A stretch of 58,510 nt of DNA, counting the filler, from Streblomastix strix (lineage: Eukaryota), in assembly GCA_008636045.1 (NCBI GenBank). It is 2 parts of 2 records of this genome, joined end to end, with 100 filler letters (N's around TTAATTAATTAA, not from the genome) between each part and the next. Parts side by side here need not be neighbours in the genome. Positions count along the whole stretch, not along the records: positions 29,332 to 58,510 come from SNRW01000106.1; 1 more part is not named here. One strand, written 5' to 3'. Shown piece after piece: positions 49,138 to 58,510 of the stretch. Every line of letters begins with the position of its first letter. The stretch's first letter is position 1. The position numbers and the translations under genes are program-made. The notes under the pieces were generated by a model. That model saw only the letters and a list, made by a program, of their open reading frames with translations. It ran no database searches and was not told where the DNA came from.

Positions 49138-52100
49138 ATGCAGTAGAAACTGATAGATTAACTTGAACGTCTTTCTATTCGAAATAGGAATCTCTCCCAA
49201 CGAGCGCAACTTCGAGAGAACTTAATAATAAAGTTTTTATTATTTATTTCTATTCTTACAGCTTTGTTTTATGAATTTTAAATATTACGAATATAGATAT
49301 GATGGATTAGGTTAAGAAAGCAATTGGAGAAATGTTAAGAAGTCAAAGAAAGATGAAAATGGGGTATTAGAAGCAGTACTGTTATAAGCAAGGTAATTCT
49401 ATTCTTGATAAGAACAAAACTTTATTAATATTTTATTTAAATTAAACTTCTTTTACAATTTATTAATCTGAATCAGTATGAAATTTTAGAATTCAAATGT
49501 AGCAGTGGATGATCTGAGCGATAGAGCAAAAAATAGAGGCATTTTTACACCTTGATCAGCACCAGTCTTTTCTCGACCACCTGTTAATCGATATCTGAAA
49601 GTCTGTATTATATTTATATTATATTAATTTATCCTTGAAATTTATTATTTAGAAATTGTTTGAAGAATAAAACATTTAAACATACGATTCTATTAAACAA
49701 TCACAGATTAAAGAAGATGAGAAATAAAATACTTTAAATGATGATAATATTTTATTGGAATAACAAATAAAGAATGTATAAAAAGAAATTGAATAGTCAT
49801 CTATAACTTCTATTAAACCAATTGAAAATTTGACAATATCATAAGATACACCAGAATCATAAAAATCTGAATAATAATAATAGTAATAATAATAATCTAA
49901 TTTACAGTAGAAGCAAACTGAACAAGACTAAATATAAATTCCACATAAATTTGCATTGAGATCAACTAGTGCTAATTCAAGGATACTTTCATCATCATTA
50001 AGATCAATTAGAAATAAAGACATATAATAAGAATTATAATAAGAATAATAATAAGAATTATAAGAACATGCTTAATAATATGAATAAGAATATGAATAAG
50101 AATAAGATGATGATGAAGAAGAAAGTGAGAGAGAATATTTAAGATAACAAATACTCCATTAATAACAATTAAAATAAGGACTTGGTTTGGGTAAAGGAGG
50201 TTTATGAGCGAAAGATGGATAATGGATTAGAATGCAACTTGTATTGAAAGGGGAAGTTAAGCATCTTGAATCATCTACAGATGGTTGGTTATAGAAACAT
50301 GTTAGAATGATTAATGAAGTTCGTAGAAAGTATAATGGAGAGGTTGATAGATTGGACAGAATAGAGCAGAAATAAATATTGTTGAAAAAGAATGAAAAGA
50401 AAAAGAAATAAGAAGAATAAAAGAAGTAAGCCGAGTATTAAAGATTACTTGATGTTGTGCGTCGTCGTGAAATGCAGAAGAATTGGGGAGAAGGAATTGC
50501 ATTAAGAGTAAGGAAGACTGATTATACTGCTCCTTCATCAACTATTGGATATTATTAGAATCTATAGAGACCTTATTCTACTAAGGATTATAATGACAAT
50601 AATGACAATATGAGAACAATTGAGCTGTTAAATGATGTTATTGATAAGAAATAGATATAATAAAAATTATTATTAAAAAAAATTAATGAAAAATAGAAAG
50701 AAAAATAGAATAATTTAACTTCCAAAGATTTATAATTAATTATTAATAAAGATAATTTATTATTAGAAAAATCGTAGTAAATAGAAAGTGATAAAGACTA
50801 AGTGACATCAACATTAGATGGAGAGAAAGAAGAAGAGTCAACATTTAATAATGAATAAGAAGATGAATCCAAACAAAAAGAATTAGAAAGAAGGAAAGCA
50901 GAATAAGAATATATTCGTATGGTTCTGGAGATTGAAGATAAAGTGAGATAAACCAGACATTTAGATGACAAGGGGAGAATTATATTGCCAAAACCCCCTT
51001 AAGCAACAATTAAAGCTGATAATTATGCAAAATTACCAAATTAAAAATAGTTTAATAGTTTTTCTTCAACATTAAATGGACTTGATCTAGCAAATTATTA
51101 AAATTAGCAATACAATAATTAGTATTTTAAAATTGAAAAATCTAATTCGGATAATAAAGAAAATAATGATAATAATTAATAAATAAAAAGAAGCATATTA
51201 ATTAACCATATCTAAAAACTTGATTAAATTAAGAATAGAATAAAGCAAAATCCAATTGTTATTCCATATTCTTCATAATTAAAGTAGTAAGATAATAAAT
51301 AATAAGAAGGGGATGTAAAACAGAAAGAACAATAAATTATTTAAAAAGGTCAACGATAATTGAGTCAATCGTTTTCTTAAGCTAATTCTAATATTAAATC
51401 AATATATTTATAAACACCATAATCATCTCCAATTTAGTCATCTAGAAAATCATATGAAAATTAATAAGAAAGTAGTATTGAATAAAATGAAAAAGATGTA
51501 AATAAACAATAATACAAAGAGAATGAATAATAATATAAATAATTATCATTATTTGCACAATAATTACCTAATGGAGGTATAATAGTTACAAATAAGACGA
51601 TTAATGAAATAATAAGTACTCCAAGGAATACATTACTTGATTTGAAGAAATAGGAGAAATAATTATAAGATAAATAACCAGGTAAATTTATTGAAGATGG
51701 AAAAGAAGAAAAGAAAGAAGAAGGATAATAATCTCTTATATATCCATCTCAGTCATTGTATTCAATTAATTCAACATAAACATCTCCTTTATCTTCGCAT
51801 ACATCCAGATCTCCTCCATTGATATCAAATAGATTAAATCAATCTCCAATATCAAGTTAGAGATAAAGAATAAGACCTTAAACAACGTAATCATCTTCGT
51901 CTTAATTGTCCAAATAGAGTTAGATATCAAATTTAATATCTTAAAAACAATAATTATTCTTTAAATAAATACATTCACATACAGTATTTGAGAGATATTG
52001 GTATACTATTAATGGAATTATGGAAAAGAAGAAATTAATTGACAAAGATCTAATTGGAAGCGAAAGTGAAAGAGAAAGTGAAAGAGAAAAAGAAGATAAA

Positions 52101-55100
52101 TAAGAAAGAATTTAAGAAGAAAGAGATAATTAAATGCATAATTCATTAAATGACAGAGTAAATAAAATGAAGAAAAATGAAAAGAAATTGAAAATGAATG
52201 ACATATACAAAAGATTTCCTATTTTTAAAAATGATTAAAATAATTAGTTAGAAAGGGAATAAGTAAAATTAAAATAAAAAAAGGAATAAAAATAATAAAA
52301 AAGAAAAGAAAAATAACTAAAGAAAGAAGAAGATTACGATTTATAACTTCATTTTGATTCAGATTAAGAAAACAAAGAAGAATTAACCTCTTATTAAAGT
52401 CATAATAGTGATTAAGAAGAAGAAGATGATTTAAGTGAAACTAATATTAAATAAAGAGAATAAAGAGAACAAGAGTAAATAGAATAAAAAAAGAAGGATT
52501 AATCATAAAGAATTAAAGATAAAGAATAATGGGAGAAAGAATAGAAATTGATTGAACAATTGTAAAATTAATATTTTATAAGGAAGTTAGAAAGAGATGC
52601 ATAAATATAAAGAAAATAAGAAAAAGACAGATATAAGAAATGGAGATAAGAAGAAGAAGATAAAAAGAAGCGAACAGAATAATATGAATAAGAAATAGAA
52701 AAAGAGAATAAATAGAACAAAGGTAAGATTTGTAAGAATTTACCCAGTTCACTTTATTCAGATACAGCATTGCCATTCTCATAAATACCATTAGACTAAT
52801 TATATACTTCACCATTCTAATCACAATTAATTGATATTATGATCCAAGAATAGTAATAAAATATTGAAGATTATGCCTAATCAGTTTAATAGCAACCCAT
52901 TGATTAATAATAAATAGATTAATAATAGAAAGAATAAAAATAAATTTAAACTCCATCTCATTCTTCTTCACCTTAACATTAAACTACTTCTAATTAGAAA
53001 TCTCCTTAATAATAAGATTAGTAATTCATTTCACCTGAATAGTAAAGAAAAGAATAATTATTATTAATATATGGAAAAGATTCTAAATTGGCAGTTCATG
53101 GGGGTAAAATATCAAGTTATGAAAAATAAAGAGGGATGAGTGCATCATCTGCAATTCAGAATAACTTTTATGGTAATAGCAACAATATGAATAATAATAG
53201 TAATGCGAGCATCAATATTGATAATAAAGATATTAATAAAGATATACTGAATAATGCATAAAAAACTATTAGCTCAAATTCAAACAAAATATCATCATAA
53301 ACAAATTAATAATAAAATTAATAGAATATTAGATAATAAATAAAGAGCGAGAATGGTCCAAGAATTAAAAAATAAAACAAAAATAATATTAAATAATATA
53401 ATAATAAGAATAAAGGATAGAAAAAGAATAATGAAAAGTATGAGAATAATAAATAATAAGAATAAATTGTAATAATGAAAGAGACTGAATCAAAATTGGA
53501 AATGAAAAGAGGTAAAGAAGAAGAAACAGATGAATCAATTAGGGAAGAAGAAAGAAATGAAGAAATTAAAGAATAACATGATGAATAATAATAATAATAA
53601 TAATATTCCGAACAATTATTAATGAATTAAACTCTTTCACCTTCAACTCCTCAATTCTAATCTTCTCCAACATTTTCAAATCTTTCTTCTTCTAAATTGC
53701 TGAATGACGATCTTAAAATAATTTAATAAGATGGTTAATAGAATTAATTGTAATAAAATATAAGATAATCTACATTATCAAATATTTCTCACCAAACTTA
53801 GTAATATTAAAAATAATAGCAAATGTAATAATCAAATTTATCAGCAACATAATCATCTTTATCGTCATCTCCTTCCAATTCTTAATAACAGCAACAATAT
53901 AATAATTAAGAATTAACTGAATTTACTCCTTCAGGGAGAAAAGCTCCACATTCAACCCCTTAGTCATAAAATAATTTAAGAGTAAGAAACTATGATTTGG
54001 ATAATAGTATTAAAGAAGATAATGAAAGTGTTGATATTAGAACAGAAATGAACTTACTTGATTCTTGGAATTCAATAGATGTTGGAAATGATGATAGAAA
54101 GGATGATGAATCAAATAAAGATTATGAAAATTAAGAAAAATAAGAATCTATGGAAAATGTAAAATTATCAATTAATAAATAAAAATAAATTCCACATGAA
54201 CAGTAGAATATGAATATTCAAATGAAATAAAGACCTTAGACCGAATAATAACATCGAAGATCATTTCAGCGTACATCTACATCTTAATCATACAATAATA
54301 ATAAAACATTAAATTAAATTCAAAGCTTATAAAGTTAAAATAACGATATCAATTCATAACAAAATCAAACAAAATCACAACATTGGATTTAAATCCAAAA
54401 AGAATAAGCAATTAAATGGGCAGAGTCTAGAAAGCCAAGATAATTAAAATTACAATAATAGCATGAATAACAAATAGAGAAATCGGAAGGAGAAAACAAT
54501 GGTGAATAAGAAATAGTTCCTTTACCTCAAATGCTTTTTAAGACTGATATAATTCCTTTGTAAGAATTTGATATAGCTCCAACGACTAGATTAATATATT
54601 CTACTTAAGTTATTACTGATAATAAGTAATAAATTATATAGAATTTAAATTAAAATTAAAATTAAAATGATAACCTATTATTGAAATAATAAAAAGTAAT
54701 ATAAAATGTGAGACCTACAACTTCCTCATCATAATCTTCTTCTTCTTCTTCATATCCATCATTCTCTTCATATCGACCTATTTCTCGTCCAGGTACACAT
54801 TAATCAGACAAATACAATTAATTCCCATCAAGGCCACAATCAGAAACAAATTAAATTATGAATTAAAATAATTCAAGGCCATAATCTTAGATATCCTAAA
54901 ATGGTAAATAATAATAACAGTAAATTAATATTAATTATGATTAAGCTAATTATAAAGCTTATATTGAAAAAGATGCTATTAAAGTTACAGCACCTAATAA
55001 AAGAGTTCATAATCCATTTGCTTATACAAGAACATATGAAAATATTAAACCAGAGAGATCGAATATTTCTAATCATTTCAGACCACTCAAAGATCCTGCA

Positions 55101-57013
55101 TTGGATAGTTATTAAAAGTAGTAAAAAGAATTTAAAGAAAAATTGAAATTATTGAATCACCCAATGCCAATATCCGTAAAATGGAAGAATAAGCAGAAAT
55201 AAGAACAGCTTCTGTAACATGCAATTGAAANNNNNNNNNNNNNNNNNNNNNNNNNNNNNNNNNNNNNNNNNNNNNNNNNNNNNNNNNNNNNNNNNNNNNN
55301 NNNNNNNNNNNNNNNNNNNNNNNNNNNNNNGATAGTTATTAAAAGTAGTAAAAAGAATTTAAAGAAAAATTGAAATTATTGAATCACCCAATGCCAATAT
55401 CCGTAAAATGGAAGAATAAGCAGAAATAAGAACAGCTTCTGTAACATGCAATTGAAAAAATTAGAATCAGAGTAGAGAAGGAAAAAGAGTTTAATAGGAG
55501 ACTATTAATGATGAAAGGAGGATGGTAATAATAATCTGAGTCAACATTGAGTAGTGAAGAGACCAGAAAGAGAGAAGAAGAAGAAGAGAAGAAAAAATAA
55601 GACATTGAACTGAAATTGCAATAAAAGAAAGAATAATACGAGGCTGACAATCTTAAATTCGCTGAAGAGGCTGCTGCCAATGCAAGAAAACCATTTAATA
55701 GATCACTGTCAGAAGCACCGAAATTTCCAAGTAGATTACCAGAAAACACATTCTTGTAATAATAACATCCATAATGGAGAAGATTTCAACCAACCAAATA
55801 AGAAAGTAGAGCATTAAGAAGAAGTTAAGAAAGAGATTAAAGATCCAAAAATGTTTCTGCAGTTGTTTATAATCATATTTTACCAACTACAAGAGGATAT
55901 GGTGATATTATTTCATAATAATTATAATAAGCACGAGATAAAGAAGAACAACAAGGAATGCCTCCATTATCTGGAAGATTCGAGTTTAAAATTGACTCAA
56001 AACGAAAACATTTACATCATAAAAGAAAGGAAAAATAAAGATGGAGAAAGAAATCTAATGAAGTTGAAAATTTAGATGAGAATGAAAATATTTTAAGCGA
56101 AGATAAAAGAATGCAACAAGTTGGATTTGAATCTAAAAGTGAGGAATAAACTGATAATTAATTTGAAGAAGATGAATTAAATATTGAAGATAAAATAAAA
56201 AGCTAAACATAAAACATGAAGAACTTACCTAATCCTGTAATAACATAAGTCAATTCTTAATTCAGAGTGAATACAAGAGAAATTAGAACAAAAAAATAGC
56301 CTTTAATACCATATGAAGATGATTAATAAGACGATAGTGAACAGAATATGGATTAATCATCATAATAAGAATTTCCAACAGAGAGAATGCAAATAGCAAT
56401 TGTAACATAACCATCAAAAGCATAACAGACAACAAATGTCTATGGAGGAGGATCAGGTGGATTTCATGGATTTGGAGGATAATTTGGAAAGAGAGATTTA
56501 AATGTTAGAAATGTTAGAAATGAAAATAAATAAAATAAAGATGATGGGAAAATATAGTCTAATTTATAAAATTTAACTTAATAACTTGGAGAAACATAGA
56601 TGATTGCAGAAACTATTGCTGATAATAGAATTGATAATATTATTTAGTAAAAAAGCAAACAAAATTAAATAGAAAATGATGAATCTGAAGAAGTTAGAAG
56701 TACTGTTACATCATTTCACTTATATCATCCTACTTATTAAAGACCAAATTCTCCAACTGTTAATCCATTAATATTTCATCAAAAGTCTTCATAATTCCAA
56801 AAACTTAATAATGATACTAAATAGAATTAATAAGAAAGAAATATTAATTAGGAATAAAAAGAATCATAAGATCAATCAATGCATGAAAGTTAATAACTCA
56901 ATTATAGTGATATTATAGAGAGAGACAGTACATTGACAATTTCTCGACCTTAAACAGCAGTAAGTGAAGATGTAAATAGTAGTAATGCAAGTTCTCCCGA
57001 AAAATATTTCTGA
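49138..57013 (+). CDS. Very large low-complexity Q/E/N/S-rich hypothetical protein; three 5' introns; two in-frame TGA codons
   Basis: Frame read codon by codon over most of 49653-57013 with no frameshift once the false gap is collapsed; internal TGA only at 49553-49555 and 50205-50207; terminal TGA 57011-57013 followed by AT-rich noncoding DNA. Confidence 0.8.
55104..55457. other. False scaffold gap: 127 bp (55104-55230) repeated at 55331-55457 around 100 N
   Basis: Identical sequence on both sides of the N-run; collapsing it keeps the reading frame. Confidence 0.92.
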
Positions 57014-57355
57014 GAATATTATCTTTAATTGTGCTTTTTTAATTTTCTTTCTTTCTATTTTTTAATTTATATAGATTTTTTTTGAAAAATTATACAATTT
57101 ATTTTATATTCATAAAACATAATTAAATAGTTGAATATTCAATAATTCATTATTGTTTATTTATTAATTAATCTTACATTTTATTATTTAAATAATAAAT
57201 CATTATTGAAATGAATGATTGTGAAATTTTTATTATGCATTATTAGTAAATATATGTTAGTAATGATTAAACATTCAAAGTTTTTTTTAAAAAAAAATCA
57301 GTTTCACATTTATCTAATATATCAGATCTTCTTTTTATCTTCTTCTTCTTCATAT

Positions 57356-58510
57356 TCACCCATATATATTTCTTTTTCTACTTTCATCTAATTATATTGT
57401 TGACAAAAGTGTTTATGCAGATTAGATTGTCGATGTTGTATCTTCAAATGGGTTAGAGTTTGAAATAGTAGATGATGAAGATGATGAAGATGATGTAGAA
57501 GAAGAAGAAGATGATGATGCAGAAGAAGATGAAGAAATACTTGATCTGGGCGACATAAGAGATGATAATACAGTAGTTGATGGATATGAAAAAATATTCA
57601 CTGGGTCTTTTGAATAAATATTTGAATTTGATGGGGAATCATACTTATTTTTCATAGTTATTGATCCATCAGTAGTTGAAGAAAGATTCATCATTGACAA
57701 ATCATTATCTGTTCTTTTACCCATCAGTTCATTTAATAAGAATTCTTCTAAAATCTTATCTTCAAATTAGTTTCTATTCTGATTTCTTTATTATTTCATA
57801 TTTTCTTTTCTCTGTCTTAATTAAATATCAGGAAGTGTTAATGAAAGTATTTTTCTTATTTGTTTCTGTCTTTCCTCTTCTTTTCTCTTTGCTTCATCTT
57901 CTTATTTTTATTTCTCTCTTCTTTTATCTCTTTCTTATTTAATAAGTAATTCAGTTTCTTCTTCAAATTCTAATTCTTATAATCGCCTTTCATGCATCTT
58001 TTATTCATCTTCACCTTTATAATTTCTTTCCCTTTTCAATCTTTCTTCATTATCAAGATCTCTTTCAAATTGTTATTGTTTCTTATTCTCAATATCTTAT
58101 AACCTTTCTTTTTATTTATCCCAATTATTATCTTTTAATCTTTCTTTATCCTCCCATTCTTTCTCCTTTTCTTTTATTCTCTTATCCCATTCTATTTCTC
58201 TTTCTTTCATTCTATCAATATATCTCTACTCTCTTTATTATTTCTCTTATTCATATTAATATGAATTATTATTATTATTATTATCATTATTATTAAATCC
58301 AATCTTATCTTTTAATCTTTCTCTTTCTTTCTCTAATTCTAAATCTCTTTCATGTCTTTTCTTTCTGTCTAAATCATTTTCAATTCCAGTTAATCTTTAT
58401 TTCTATATTTCTCTTTCAAATTCTAAGTCTTTTTATCTTTCATTTTCTTCTATTCTTTTTATCTCAGCATCTATTTCTCTTTCTCTTTGATCTTTTAATG
58501 CTTTCAATCT
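57356..58510 (-). CDS. C-terminal part of an E/R/K/Q-rich coiled-coil protein with Ser-rich tail (5' part outside window)
   Basis: Open under code 6 from the window edge through ORF-track peptide 57422..57724 to the first TGA at 57356-57358; exact stop uncertain. Confidence 0.7.

Noticed and set aside
34040..50207. Selenocysteine explanation for the internal TGAs
   Set aside because: No redox motifs around the codons, Timeless is not a known selenoprotein family, and no SECIS was recognised; not formally excluded.
55104..55457. 127-bp direct repeat around a gap
   Set aside because: Typical unresolved k-mer overlap from assembly; collapsing it keeps the frame.
1..58510. rRNA, tRNA (including a UGA-decoding tRNA) or CRISPR arrays
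   Set aside because: None recognised by eye; tRNAscan-SE and Infernal would be needed to exclude them.

Overview
This is AT-rich eukaryotic nuclear DNA with short GT-AG introns, read with TAA/TAG = Gln (table 6 type). The code is shown by the conserved YggS motif WHFIGHL[TAA]SNK and by kb-long frames that open only under it, so the standard-code ORF track is largely uninformative. The code, intron density and abundant DIRS-type elements suggest an oxymonad such as Streblomastix (inference). Left to right: (1) about 9 kb of a Polinton/Maverick-like element (rve integrase, protein-primed PolB with OTU-like protease, Zn finger and HNH insert, small ORFs); (2) a decayed DIRS-like retrotransposon with an internal 1451-bp tandem duplication; (3) host genes for a Cys-rich type-I membrane protein and a four-calponin-homology protein; (4) the 5' end of a probable second retroelement, then an artificial linker gap; (5) a Timeless/Tof1 homolog; (6) a 7.8-kb segment between imperfect inverted repeats holding an intact SH3-fused hAT transposase and two decayed host-gene fragments (coiled-coil, exportin-7); (7) a MIT-like + U-box gene, a YggS/PLPBP gene, a very long low-complexity gene and the 3' part of a coiled-coil gene. 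Top observation: two otherwise intact host genes of about 8 kb each carry two isolated in-frame TGA codons in Trp-compatible contexts, although TGA is also the terminator of every completed gene. This hints at dual-meaning UGA or UGA-to-UGG editing. All translations were done by eye.
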